From Squalus acanthias (Eukaryota), in NCBI GenBank assembly GCA_030390025.1, contig CM059452.1, positions 5,952,001 through 6,016,000 of the forward strand: DNA of 64,000 nt. Direction: 5' to 3'. Numbering within the stretch: the stretch's first letter is position 1; the number at the start of each line of letters is the position of its first letter. Made by a program: the position numbers and the translations under genes. Shown one piece after another: positions 23,229 through 36,658 of this stretch. A model generated the notes under the pieces. That model worked only from the letters and a program-made list of their open reading frames with translations. It was not told the DNA's origin and did not search any database.

Positions 23229-24568
23229 TGTACCCCCACTCCCCCACCAGAGAGAGGGGAAAGGGCAATTGTTAACCCACTGTACCCCCACTCCCCCACC
23301 AGAGAGAGGGGAAAGGGCAATTGTTAACCCACTGTACCTCCCACTCCCCCACCAGAGAGAGGGGAAAGGGCAATTGTTAACCCACTGTACCCCCACTCCC
23401 CCACCAGAGAGAGGGGAAAGGGCAATTGTTAACCCACTGTACCTCCCACTCCCCCACCAGAGAGAGGGGAAAGGGCAATTGTTAACCCACTGTACCCCCA
23501 CTCCCCCACCAGAGAGAGGGGAAAGGGCAATTGTTAACCCACTGTACCCCCCACTCCCCCACCAGAGAGAGGGGAAAGGGCAATTGTTAACCCACTGTAC
23601 CCCCCACTCCCCCACCAGAGAGAGGGGAAAGGGCAATTGTTAACCCACTGTACCCCCACTCCCCCACCAGAGAGAGGGGAAAGGGCAATTGTTAACCCAC
23701 TGTACCCCCCACTCCCCACCAGAGAGAGGGGAAAGGGCAATTGTTAACCCACTGTACCCCCACTCCCCCACCAGAGAGAGGGGAAAGGGCAATTGTTAAC
23801 CCACTGTACCCCCACTCCCCACCAGAGAGAGGGGAAAGGGCAATTGTTAACCCACTGTACCCCCACTCCCCCACCAGAGAGAGGGGAAAGGGCAATTGTT
23901 AACCCACTGTACCTCCCACTCCCCCACCAGAGAGAGGGGAAAGGGCAATTGTTAACCCACTGTACCCCCACTCCCCACCAGAGAGAGGGGAAAGGGCAAT
24001 TGTTAACCCACTGTACCCCCACTCCCCCACCAGAGAGAGGGGAAAGGGCAATTGTTAACCCACTGTACCCCCACTCCCCCACCAGAGAGAGGGGGAAAGG
24101 GCAATTGTTAACCCACTGTACCCCCACTCCCCCACCAGAGAGAGGGGAAAGGGCAATTGTTAACCCACTGTACCCCCACTCCCCCACCAGAGAGAGGGGA
24201 AAGGGCAATTGTTAACCCACTGTACCCCCACTCCCCCACCAGAGAGAGGGGAAAGGGCAATTGTTAACCCACTGTACCTCCCACTCCCCCACCAGAGAGA
24301 GGGGAAAGGGCAATTGTTAACCCACTGTACCCCCACTCCCCCACCAGAGAGAGGGGAAAGGGCAATTGTTAACCCACTGTACCCCCACTCCCCCACCAGA
24401 GAGAGGGGAAAGGGCAATTGTTAACCCACTGTACCTCCCACTCCCCCACCAGAGAGAGGGGAAAGGGCAATTGTTAACCCACTGTACCCCCCACTCCCCC
24501 ACCAGAGAGAGGGGAAAGGGCAATTGTTAACCCACTGTACCTCCCACTCCCCCACCAGAGAGAGGGGA
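23229..24568. repeat. About 52-bp minisatellite, about 25 copies
   Basis: Unit cactgtacccccactcccccaccagagagaggggaaagggcaattgttaacc. Confidence 0.95.
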
Positions 24569-24899
24569 GGTGAACCAATCTCTATTATATGAACTTAGTT
24601 GACATCAGTAAAAAGTCAGCTTTAACTCACAGTCTAAAAACGTTAAAGTTGCCGGATGAGAATCATATTGTAAAATAAATATTTATTTAACAACTTATCT
24701 TTAACTAGTGTTTGGGGTAAATCTGTCCCTGTTATTCATAAACTAACAGATTGAATTTTAATAGTCCAAATTTGAACTGGTGATTGAATCCTCTGCGGGT
24801 TTCTCACGGTTCTGTCCCTGATGGTTTGAGGCCCATCGGTTGACGTCACATTGCGTCTCACACAGAACACATTTACACAGAGCGGGGAAGAATGCGTGT

Positions 24900-25680
24900 A
24901 AAGTGAGTGTGTGTGTTTATGTGTCAGTGCGTTTGCGATTTTGTGTAAGTGTGTGTGTTTTGTGTAAGTGCACACTTACACATAAACACACACAGACTTA
25001 CACATAAACACACGCATTAACACATTGACATAGAATATTACACATACCCAGAATATAATACACACCGTCATTGTCAGACCCAGTTATTGGTACTCTCTGA
25101 AACTTTGAACAGTACCGGAAATACACACGCGCACACCCTTAAACAAACACACACAAACACATGCATTAACACACACACACTTACACACCCATAAACTCAC
25201 ACATGAACACAAACACACACACACAAACACACACTTACAAACAAACACACAATTACACAGAAACACTCACACGCTTACACCTGAACATACACAAACACTT
25301 CCACATAACCATAAACATAAACATAAACACACACATGGACGCACATACACAAAAAACAAACACACAATTAAACATAAACACATTTACAAATAAACTTACA
25401 CACAAACACACACACAATTACAAATAAACACACACACTTATACAAAGACTTACACATAAACATACACAAACTGACAAAAATACACGCACACTTACACATA
25501 ATCACACACTTACACATAAATACCCATATATAGAATTACACAAACACGCAAACTTACACATCAGCACACACACAATTACACAAAAAAACACACACACTTA
25601 CACAGCAACACACACATTAACACACAAACACAGACTAAAACAAAACAAGAGATTGTCAGACACACATACGCAAACACGAA
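24900..25680. repeat. CA-rich low-complexity tract
   Basis: Degenerate (ca)n/(tg)n. Confidence 0.85.
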
Positions 25681-26321
25681 TGCGCGAAAAAACCTCAGGC
25701 TATAGACGAATGTAGAATTAAAATGCACTTTTTGAACGAACACAGTTTCCAACGATTGTTCTGAATGAATAATTCCTGATACCATAACATCTCACATTTC
25801 TCTATTCTGGTCCTACACATACACTGAATCAATGTTCTTGTTGGAAACTGATACAAGTTAATTATGTTCAGAGTATTGCAATAACAAATAAATAAACAAG
25901 ATTATAAATCACATCTGATCTCTTACCCAGCCCCCTTGACAGTCTCCAAATAAGTAGCTATCTAAACCTATCGTTAAAATAATCGATATCAATCAGTAAA
26001 CCTCCCTCGATATTTCATCATATTATTCCCGAATGATAGATTGTACGAAATTGATGCAAAATCAATTAGCGTGTGACATTGAAGAAAAAACTGTCGTTTT
26101 TTCCAACACGGACTATAGGAGGATCATAAAGGAAGAGCGACTGTGGAGTTAGGAACAGAGATAGATTGCTGAGAGAGATTAACTTAACACAAGATATACA
26201 TTGAAAATTCAATTAGAGAAAAAACTGATACCTTAAGGAAAAGAAGGGAATATATAATAATAATATGATATCTTGGATTAATAAACGATCTGAATATATT
26301 TCCGCCTCTACATCCCCGTAG

Positions 26322-26449
26322 ATTCCTCAGACCACATCTTGATTGAAGACTATGAGGAAGAGAGCGGCAACATCTGGACAACCGCTTCCACATTCATCAT
26401 CCTGTTCTTCCTGAGCATGTCCTACAGCGCTGCCGTCACTCTAGTGAAG
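26322..26449 (+). CDS. IGHM: IgM transmembrane exon TM1
   Basis: gtag|(D)SSDHILIEDYEEESGNIWTTASTFIILFFLSMSYSAAVTLVK|gtgaga; conserved antigen-receptor TM motif. Confidence 0.95.
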
Positions 26450-26589
26450 GTGAGAAGATTCAATCCACTCACACTTCGATCTGACTGAAGCGGTTTGACA
26501 AATCTCTAAAAGTTTCATTGATAAAAACCCTGAGATAAATGCCCCAAACCACTAAATCTCTGCTTCATTCTTTTATCCCTCTTTTACAG

Positions 26590-26598
26590 ATCAAGTGA
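26590..26598 (+). CDS. IGHM: IgM exon TM2 (IK*; cytoplasmic tail KIK)
   Basis: ttttacag|atc aag tga; aataaa at 26662 and 27055. Confidence 0.88.
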   Translation: MK

Positions 26599-27498
26599 AC
26601 GGTTGAATTTCGGACGCCGTGGATTTTCCTCATCTGTTTATTAACATCTCTGTGTCCTGAAAATAAAATATATCCTCTTGGTGATTCTCAGAGTCAAATG
26701 TCTTCAGTTAATAGATCCGAATCTGTAGCTGAGAAAATCAGAACCGGGATTTCCGTCTCTCTGTTTGAAATGTGTGAGATAATCGTGGCTATAATGTAAA
26801 TGTATCTCAGAGTTTCACCGTTGTTTGAATATTTCATGTGTAAATAAGTCACTTTTCTCATTCGTAATTGACAATTGTTCCCTTCCCTTTATGTTGAGCC
26901 CCTGTTTTCTCTCCCTGGTGTCTGTTACAGTTGTACAGATAACTGGCAGCTCAGACCGCCTGTGATCTGGTCTCAATGTGACGCTCTGTTGTTATATTCA
27001 CTTTGTGTTAACTTTTTAAAAACTTCACTGTAAATTGTTCTCAGTGAAATTGTGAATAAATCTGGAATTACAAATGAACTAATTTGGACTTTGCTGAATT
27101 CCTTTCTCCAAGGTTCCTCCACACTGCTCCATTTTCCCTATCACACTTTGTTTTATTTCCCTGACAAGTATTTTTCACCCGTCCTGTCTGGGTTGTGTTT
27201 GAACCCAAGTCCCTTCGGTTAAGGAGCCACTGCGCCACCTAGTGTCCCATCAGAGTAACGACACCTTTACCCCTGACTTTTTATGTCAAGACCCAGAGGC
27301 GGAATGACTGCATAGCGACCAACAGCGACCAGGCGCACCTCGCAGTCTCCTCTAATATTATGGTCTGTAACAGTCACATGCCAGGTTCTAATAAAGAGCA
27401 GGGCTCTGGTCCATCACAGTTTGATACATTACAGGACATGGCAGAGTAAATCTCCCTCTACACTGTTCCATCATACACTCCCATGGCAGGTACACACT

Positions 27499-28460
27499 TA
27501 GCATAGAAGCATAGAAGATAGGAGCAGGAGTAGGGCATTCGGCCCCTCGAGCCTGCTCCGACATTTAATGAGATAATGGCTGATCATCCAAATTCAGTAC
27601 CCTGTACCTGCTTTCTCCCCATATCCCTTGATCCCTTTAGCCTTAAGAAATATATCAATCTCCTTCTTGAATATATTTAATGAATTGGCCTCAACTGCCT
27701 TCTGTGGTAGAGAATTCCACAGGTTCACCACTCTCTGGTGAAGAAAGTCCTCCTCATCTCAGTCCTAAATGGCTTACCCCTTATCCTTAGACTGTGACCC
27801 CTGGTTCTGGACTCCCCCGCCATCGGGAACATCCTTCCTGCATCTAGTCTGTCTAGTCCTGTTAGAATTTTATAAGTTTCAATGAGATCCCCTCTCATTC
27901 TTCGAAATTCTAGCGAATATAAGCCTAATCGACCCAATCTCTCTTCATACGTCATTCCTGCCATCCCAGGTATCAGTCTGGTAAATCTTCGCTGCACTCC
28001 CTCCATGGCAAGAGCATCCTTCCTCAGATAAGGCGACCAAAACTGCACACAGTACTCAAGGTGTGGTCTCACCAAGGCCTTGTACAACTGCAGCAAGACA
28101 TCCTTGCTCCTGTACTCGAATTTCTCTCGCTATGAAGGCCAACATACCATTTGCCTTCTTAACCGCCTGCTGCACCTGCATGCTTACCTTCAGCGACTGG
28201 TGCACAAGGACTCCCAGATCTCGTTGCACTTCCCCTTTTCCCAATCTATTGCCATTCAGATAATAATCTGTCTTCCTGTTTTTGCCACCAAAGTGGATAA
28301 CCTCGCATTTATCCACATTATACTGCATCTGCCATGCATCTGCCCAATCACCCAACCTGTCCAAATCATACTGGAGTTTATCTGCATCCTCCTCACAGCA
28401 CACACGCCCACCCAGCTTTGTGTCGTCTGCAAACTTGGAGATATTACATCTAGTTCCCTC
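27499..28460 (-). mobile_element. CR1 3' fragment, near-identical inverted copy of 32079-33035
   Basis: FADDTKLGGRVCCEEDA..., LVRPHLEYCVQFWSPYL, same 3' UTR. Confidence 0.92.
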
Positions 28461-28897
28461 GGGGTCACAGCCCTGAGCCAGGGGTCACAGGCTGCACACA
28501 CAGGGAATCTTTAGCGCTGAGCGGAGGCTGGAGACTGCCCGTGACATCTGACCCTCAGTGAATGTGAAAAACAGCCAATTGCGGTGCTCTGACATGCGAA
28601 AAGCATTGTGGCGTCATCCAGTGCAGGGCAAAGCGGTGACGGCCATGTTTGTGTGACGTACGGTGTGACGTGTGACTTCAATTCCAACAAAAGAAACGGT
28701 CTCCCTTTCTTAATAAAAAGGAGAAAATATGCGACAGAGATAAAGATACAGACAGCGATAATTGAAGCGGTTGGCGAGTTGCGCATGTGCGAAGAGTGCT
28801 CCCAGTGAGCAGCACGACCCGTGGTCTACATTGGGCCTATTCTGGCCGGCTGTGCATTGTGGGAATCTCTGTCCTTCATGGCTGCTTAAATCACTGA
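28461..28897 (-). repeat. About 440-bp CpG-rich element, inverted homologue of 56792-57260
   Basis: Shared blocks ttagcgctgagcggaggctggagac, ggccatgtttgtgtgacgta, gcgcatgtgc. Confidence 0.75.
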
Positions 28898-29394
28898 CAG
28901 GGTGTGAGCCAACTGAACCACTGAATGGCAATTTATTACAACCTCCCTCGGGGAAACTGCCACACAGTCAGAGTTCTCCTTACAGGCACTTGGTCAGATT
29001 TATTGCAGGTTAACTGACGCACTGAGGCAGCCAGTGAACGGAACAGCAAGAATAGCGAAAGAGTTCAGAAATCTCTCTATTTTCTCCACAGATCTCCCGC
29101 AACATTCAACTAATTTTCTCTTTCATGTCCTCTCCCATTCGGTTGTGGGTTTCCAACACCTCTGTTTTCAAGCTTGGAAAGTGGCATCTAAATATAGTGA
29201 AACTAAAATAGAATAATGGGTCGGAGGAATTCCCGAGCACCTCAATACATTAAATACTTGGTTTTGAAGGAATACACGAGATGAAATAACACACACAGGC
29301 AGAATATGGGAATCAGATCCTGTCCCATTACCGGAGCGACCAGCAGGATATTCCTGGCGCTGTCAGCAACCTCTTTCTCGGAGCAGATCTTAAC

Positions 29395-29806
29395 ATTATT
29401 CACTGACCTGTCTGCAGTTCCTGTTTATGGGAAGCTGGGTTAGAGCGGTTCTGAATTAATATGCCGTGCAGCAGTAAAGGTTTTATATCGTTAAACTAAA
29501 GACTGGAAGAAGAAAGTCCATACGATTAGTAAAGAGTGGAGACAAGGGATGAGAAGAGACAGGCAGGCCCGGAAATTACATCGAAAGACAAAAGGTGAGT
29601 TGTGGAACCACATACATGATTGCTGAAGTTCATTTTTAGTATAAATGCGAGTTGAAATCACAAACGAACATAATTCGGCCAGGGGACCTCACCTGTTCTT
29701 GTTGAGTGCTGAGTTTTTAAAATATTTTTAAGGAGATCCGTGTGACTCTCACTGTGGAGGCTGAATTATTGCTTCTGGTTATCGGTGTGAGAGCGCCCTC
29801 TCAGTG
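29395..29806 (-). other. Orphan 3' flank of a TCR V gene (V body absent)
   Basis: Reverse complement matches 47279-47675 and 33573-33790, including the CTCF-like motif. Confidence 0.75.
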
Positions 29807-29954
29807 TGCGTTTTGGTACACTAGGGACGTTGAATAGTTACAATTAATGCTCATTGAGGTTCCTTCCAGATATTGGGCTTCTGTTGGCCACTGCTTGAAG
29901 GAGTCTCCAGAACTCAGTTCTGCAGAAAACATTCCTGGTTTCCCATGGAAACAG

Positions 29955-30536
29955 AATGAAAGTGAGAGTGATTGCCCTTGATATCAAGGCAGCATTTGAC
30001 CGAGTGTGGCATCGAGGAGCCCTAGTAAAAGGGAAGTCAATGGGAATCAGGGGGAAAACTCTCCACTGGCTAGAGTCATACCGAGCACAAAGGAAGATGG
30101 TTGTGGTGGTTGAAGGTCAATCATCAAAGCCCCAGGACATCGCTGCAGGAGTTCCTCAGGGCAGTGTCCAAGGCCCAACCATCTCCAGCTGCTTCATCAA
30201 TGACCTTCCCTCCAACATAAGGTCAGAAATGGGGATGTTCGCTGATGACTGCACAGTGCTGAGTGCCATTCGCAACTCCTCTCAGATAATGAAGCAGTCC
30301 ATGCCCGCATGCAACAAGACCAGGCAATGACTATCTCCAACAAGCGACAGTCTAACCACCGCCCCATGACATTCAATGGCATTACCATCGCCGAATTCCC
30401 CACCATCAATATCCTGGGGGCGGGGGGGGCGGGGTGGGGTGGTGGGGGTCACCGTTGACCATAAACTTAACTGGACCAGCCACATAAATACTGTGGCAAC
30501 AAGAGCAGGTCAGAGGCTGGGTATTCTGTGGCGAGT
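29955..30536 (+). mobile_element. LINE family B RT fragment
   Basis: ALDIKAAFDRVWH, GVPQGSVQGP, FADDC. Confidence 0.88.
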
Positions 30537-33035
30537 TATCATGAGTGATTTTAATCTACATATAGATTGGGCTAACCAAATTAGTAACAATACCGTGGAG
30601 GAGGAATTCCTAGAGTGTATACGGGATGGTTTCCTGGACCAATATGTCGAGGAACCAACTAGAGACCAGGCCATCTTAGACTGGGTATTATGTAATGAGA
30701 AAGGATTAATTAGCAATCATGTTGTGCGAGGCCCCTTGGGGAGGAGCGATCATAATATGATAGAATTCTTCATTAAGATGGAGAGTGAATTAGTTGACTC
30801 AGAGACTAGGGTCCTGAATTTAAATAAAGGAAACTTCGATGGTATGAGGCGCGGGTTGGCTAGGGTGGATTGGGGGACGTTACTTAAAGGGTTGACGGTG
30901 GATAGGCAATGGTAAACATTTAAAGATCGCATGGATGATCTACAGAATTTGTTCATCCCTGTTTGGCATAAAAATAAAACAAAAAAGTTGACTCAACCGT
31001 GGCTAACAAGGGACATTAGGGATAGCATAAAATCCAAAGAGATGACATATAAATTGGCCAGAAAAAGCAGCAAACCTCAGGTTTGGGAGCAGTTTAGGAT
31101 TCAGAAAAGGAGGACAAAGGGATTAATTAAGAGGGGGAAAATAGAGTATGAGAGTAAGCTTGCAGGGAACATAAAAACTGACTGTAAAAGCTTCTATATA
31201 TATGTAAAGAGAAAAAGATTGGTGAAGTCAAGCGTAGGTCCCTTGCAGTCAGAATCAGGGGAATTTATAATGGGGAAAAAAGAAATGGCAGACCAATTAA
31301 ATACATACTTTGGCTCTGTCTTCACAAAGGAGGACACAAATAACCTCCCAGAGATGTCGGGGAAGATAGGGTCTTAATGAGGGGGAGGAACTGAATGAAA
31401 TCAGTATTTGTAGGGAAATGGTGTTAGGGAAATTGACGGGATTGAAGGCCGATAAATCCCCAGGGCCTGATAATCTACATCCTAGGGGACTTAAGGAAGT
31501 GGCCCTAGAAATAGTAGATGCATTGCTGGTCATCTTCCAAAATTCTATAGACTCTGGCACAGTTCCCATGGATTGGAGGGTAGCTAATGTAACCCCACAA
31601 TCTAAAAAAGGTGGTAGAGAGAAAACGGGGAATTATAGACCGGTATACCTGACATCGGTAGTGGGGAAAATGCTAGAGTCCATTATAAAAGATGTAATAG
31701 CAGAGCACTTGGAAAACAGCAACAGGATCGGACAAAGTCAACATGGATTTACAACAGGTAAGTCATGCTTGACTAATCTACTGGAATTTTTTGAGGATGT
31801 GACTGGTAGAATAGATAAGGGAGAACCTGTGGATGTGGTGTATTTGGACTTTCAGAAGGCTTTCGATAAGGTCCCGCATAAGAGATTAGCGTGCAAAGTT
31901 AAAGCACATGGGATTGGGGGTAAGGTACGAACTTGGATAGATAACTGGTTGGCAGACAGGAAGCAAAGAGTTGGAATAAACGGGTCTTTTTTCCGAGTGG
32001 CAGGCCGTGACTAGTGGGGTACCGCTGGGATCGGTGCGAGGACCCAAGCTATTCACAATATATATTAATGATCTAGGCGAGGGAACTAGATGTAATATCT
32101 CCAAGTTTGCTGACGACACAAAGCTGGGTGGGCGTGTGTGCTGTGAGGAGGATGCAGAGAAACTCCAGTATGATTTGGACAGGTTGGGTGATTGGGTAGA
32201 TGCATGGCAGATGCAGTATAATGTGGATAAATGCGAGGTTATCCACTTTGGTGGCAAAAACAGGAAGGCAGATTATTATCTGAACGGCAATAGATTGGGA
32301 AAAGGGGAAGTGCAACGAGACCTGGGTGTCCTTGTGCACCAGTCGCTGAAGGTAAGCATGCAGGTGCAGCAGGCGGTTAAGAAGGCAAATGGTATGTTGG
32401 CCTTCATAGCGAGAGGATTCGAGTACAGGGGCAATGATGTCTTGCTGCAGTTGTACCGGGCTTTGGTGAGACCACACCTTGAGTATTGTGTGTAGTTTTG
32501 GTCGCCTTATCTGAGGAAGGATGTTCTTGCCATGGAGGGAGTGCAGCGAAGATTCACCAGACTGATACCTGGGATGGCATGAATGACGTATGAAGAGAGA
32601 TTGGGTCGATTAGGCTTATATTCGCTAGAGTTTAGAAGAATGAGAGGGGATCTCATTGAAACTTATAAAATTCTAACAGGACTAGACAGACTAGATGCAG
32701 GAAGGATGTTCCCGATGGCGGGGGAGTCCAGAACCAGGGGTCACAGTCTAAGGATAAGGGGTAAGCCATTTAGGACTGAGATGAGGAGGAATTTCTTCAC
32801 CCAGAGAGTGGTGAACCTGTGGAATTCTCTACCACAGAAGGCAGTTGAGGCCAATTCATTAAATATATTCAAGAAGGAGATAGATATATTTCTTAAGGCT
32901 AAAGGGATCAAGGGATATGGGGAGAAAGCAGGGACAGGGTACTGAATTTGGATGATCAGCCATGATCTCATTAAATGGCGGAGCAGGCTCGAGGGGCCGA
33001 ATGGCCCACTCCTGCTCCTATCTTCTATGCTTCTA
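30537..33035 (+). mobile_element. CR1 LINE family A, 5'-truncated ORF2 with stops and a frameshift
   Basis: SDFNLHIDW, SDHNMIEF, NYRPV.LTS, YLDFQKAFDKVPH, FADDTKLGG, 3' UTR. Confidence 0.93.
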
Positions 33036-33076
33036 AAATGATCTGCTGTTTTCTGTCTAATTCTAAACCAGACACC

Positions 33077-33508
33077 ATGTGCTCCCCGTGTTCCATACTG
33101 ATAATAATGGTCGTGCTGTCCAGTGAGTACATGTGTAAATGGTCATTGTGTGTTTCACGGATTATCCTTACTCCCAGACTTTTGACACATTCTGTGTTTT
33201 GTTACAGGAACGAGTGGCAAAGAATCAGTGTCCCAGGATCCGTCTGAATTAATGGTTCAGGAAGGAAAAAACATTATATTGAACTGCAGTTACTCGGCAG
33301 CTGCTCCAACTCTGTTCTGGTACATCCAGTATCCCGGGGAAGCTCCGAGATATTTACTGAGGATATATAGCTCGGGGACGGTAGACCGGTCTCCAGATTT
33401 CCCAGTCCGGTTCTCTGCTGTTTTGCACAGAGACAGCAAAACGGTTCCTTTAAATATCACCGCGGTTCTTGTCACCGACAGCGCCGTGTATTTCTGTGCC
33501 ATGAGCCC
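33077..33508 (+). CDS. TCR alpha/delta V segment (V1), open frame; leader 33077-33122, V exon 33208-33508; RSS cacactg-24-acaaaaacc (33509-33548)
   Basis: MCSPCSILIIMVVLS|..ESVSQDP..LNCSYS..FWYIQYPGEAPRYLL..RFSA..DSAVYFCAMS. Confidence 0.88.
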
Positions 33509-33804
33509 CACACTGCTGCAGAGACATAGCGGATCCCGTACAAAAACCCACACTGAAAGTTCCAGTTAGTGATCACCAGAGGGCGCACTCACACTGATAA
33601 ACAGCAGCGATAATTCAGCCTCCACAGCGAGAGTCACAGGGAGATTCTTAACAGAGCGACAAGTCACAACACTCAACTAAAACAGGTCAGGTCCACTTGG
33701 GGATCTTTTAGGTGATTTCAACTCGTATTTATAATAAACATGAACTTCACAAATCATGTCTGTGGCGCCTTAACTCCCCTTTTGTCCTTTCTCTATTGTG
33801 TACA

Positions 33805-34310
33805 TTTCTGGGCACCACACGTTAGGAAGGATGCCAAGGCCCTGGAGAGGGTACAGAGGAGGTTTACCAGGATGATACCAGGGATGAGGGACTTCAGTTA
33901 TGTGGAGAGATTGTAGAAGCTGGGATTGTTCTCCTAAGAGCAGAGAAGGTTATGGGGAGACCTATTAGAATTATTCAAAATTATGAGGGGTTTTGACAGA
34001 GCAAATAGGGAGAAACGATTTCCTCTGGCAAGTGGGTTGATACCCAGAGGGAATAGATTTAAAATAATTGGAAAAAGAACTAGAGGGGAAATGAGGAGAC
34101 ATTTCTTCACAAAGAGAGTTGTTAAGATCTGAAAGGCAATGCCTGAAAGGGTGGTGGAATCAGATTTCATGGGAACTTTCAAAAGGCAATTGGACATGTA
34201 CTTGAAGAGGACTAATTTGCAGGGTTATGGAGAAAAATCTGGGATATGGGACTAAACAGGCACGACAGGCCGAAAGCCCCCTTCTGTGCTGTAAGATTCT
34301 ATGAATCTAT
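33805..34310 (+). mobile_element. CR1 3' fragment
   Basis: ALERVQRRFTRMIPGM and RRHFFTKRVV motifs. Confidence 0.8.
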
Positions 34311-34862
34311 GATGCCCTTTCCGTGCCTGCCTGCAATATTGTGCAGCCCTTTACTCATCTCCCCTGTCAGTGTCCCGGACCCATTGATCGCGGCCTGTAC
34401 ACAGGGTTTATTTGATCAGAGTATGTTGCTGGGTCAGAGACAGTTTATACACAATGAACAGATTTCACAAGGTAGTGATTGTGCTCTTTAAAACAGGCCC
34501 CAAGCACAGAGTTCCCCCAATGTCCATTGTCCTTCAGAATGTCTCTTTAATGCTGGAATATTTTCCGTCACCATTAACAATCCCTCAGCTTCCCGGTTAC
34601 AATAACCAGGCAAGAGTTTCATTCCCACCCCCGGTCTCTAAAAGCGGAACCATTCCCCCAAAAGGACACTGACTGTAGCCCAGCTCGGGGTGTTTCCATT
34701 CACTGGCAGCCAGCTCACCACCTACCGGTCTCACAGCACCACTGGGGACACCAGGAAGTGAGGTGAGAGCATCCTGAGACACGACAGCAGATTATTGAGG
34801 GCGGGGATTAGAACGGGTGTCTTCAAATATCCAACCCCCCTTTTACAGAGCGGACAGCGACA

Positions 34863-35338
34863 ATGCGGCTACTCAGCATCTGGGCTGTGTGGGGGGCATT
34901 TCTGACAGGTAATTGTGGACCAAACACATTTCATCTTTTCTCTCATTTCTAAACATGGTTTGAATCTGAATTTTAAACACCCGCCGGTCTGATCTTTTCC
35001 TGTTTGAACATGTTTTTCAGATCTGAGTCTTGGAGATTCTGTCACTCAGCCGCTGTCCTCAGGAGTTAAGACAGAAGGAGAAGCGGTGACTGTAAACTGT
35101 ACCTATGACACTAAATGGAGCACCTTTAATTATTTATATTGGTACCGGAACCACCCAGACACACAGCCCGAGTTTATACTGTGGAAGGATCATGATGGTG
35201 TTGATGGTGTTGAGCATAAAGCAGATTTTGATAAAACCCGTTTCTCTGCAGAAATCCAGACCTGGACTAAATTCACCAGTTTAACCATCTCGGGGCTGCA
35301 GCTGACCGACACTGCAGTTTATTACTGCGCCCTGAGAC
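34863..35338 (+). CDS. TCR delta/alpha V segment (V2), intact; leader 34863-34908, V exon 35021-35338; 23-RSS 35339-35377
   Basis: MRLLSIWAVWGAFLT|DLSLGDSVTQ..VTVNCTYDT..YLYWYRNHPDTQPEFIL..DTAVYYCALR; cacactg-23-acagaaact. Confidence 0.9.
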
Positions 35339-36128
35339 CACACTGATGGAAACCAGTTAAACCCTGGTACAGAAACTCCCGCCGCTTTGTAGATCAGAGG
35401 CTCCGCCTGCTGAAGCCGGATATAAGGCTCACTTTGTGCTGTTTGCGGTTCCGGCCATCCTGAGAACTGTTCCCAAAGTCTCTCATTTGTCGGTTGGGTT
35501 CAGTCTGTGCAGTTTCCGCGTTGTTTTCCCTGTTACTCACTGGGAACTGTCTCTCCTGAATCACTGCCACCTTCATCTTCAGACTATTGACTGTTGCTCT
35601 TTTGCCTGTTTTCAGGACAGTTTTCTCTGAGTTTGCGCACCAGCTGTGGAATGGGAGTCTCGCGGGGTCAGAGTTCAGCCGAGACTTCTTTGTTCTGAAG
35701 GGTTTTTGACTCCTCAATGGTTTATTACATCGTCACTGAATGTGTTCCCTCCGTTCAGTTCATTTCCTGCCGACTGGAGCGCCAGGTCTGAGTGCGATTC
35801 TGACACGGAATGAGAACTGGTTTATATTTGTTTCACTAAGTTTGAAAGTTGAGGTGCCCATTACATGAAAAGGGTTTGGAAGCACCGTCCCATCGAATAC
35901 CTTATTATCAAATTAGCAACACGATTATTTTTATTAATAATAAACATGATGTTTCCTGTTCTGTACTGTTAGTTGGATAGCGATTGATTTGTCAGTTTTT
36001 ACACAGACACTCTCCTGTGAGAAGTACTGACAGTCCCCGTTTCTCCCCACACTGCCCGCTATCCTGTTGTCCTTGTCACATTCCGGCAGTGTTTTTGTAC
36101 GAGGCTCCCTCTGGTTCCTGTCACTGTG

Positions 36129-36658
36129 TCTCTCAGCCCGCAGTGATACACCGCGCTGTCAGACAGCCGCAGGCCGCGGATGGTGAAATTCCCCATACTT
36201 TCTGAAATGTCGTGAAATGCGGAAATTCGAGCCCCCGCGTCCTCTGCTTTGAAAACATCTCCGTAGGAAGGGATATAGATCAGCAATGTGGGCCCTTGTC
36301 GCGGTCCTGACGGTACAGTTGTGAGGAATGTGAAGGAGCAGTGGTCGAATAGCTGTAATTAATGGTCACCGAGTCTCCTTCAAACTGCATCGCTGCAAGC
36401 GGCCCCTGTGAGACCGAGTCCGCGCAACTAACACCTACAGAAATATAGAAATACACAACTTTAAACTTTTATTATCATTTTATTATAACTGATAGCATCA
36501 AGGTGACGGAATATACAGGAAATAGAGGGAAAATACAGTTAAAAGGAAGATTCTCTGTGGCAGTGATACGTGCAAGAGGGAAGATTGTGTAATTTGTAAA
36601 CTTTACCAGTTAAGAGAGCCGCAGCTGTGACGAATGAATAAAAAGTAACTCCTAACAT
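36129..36658 (-). pseudogene. TCR V pseudogene (V3); leader 36607-36658, exon from 36434; 23-RSS 36090-36128
   Basis: First Cys to Tyr, Trp to Leu, 1-nt frameshift in FR2; ends DSAVYHCGLR; cacagtg-23-acaaaaaca. Confidence 0.88.

Noticed and set aside
23046-24523. Long repetitive ORFs on both strands
   Set aside because: Translation artefacts of the 52-bp minisatellite
26590-26598. KIK rather than KVK cytoplasmic tail
   Set aside because: Conservative substitution, unlikely to matter
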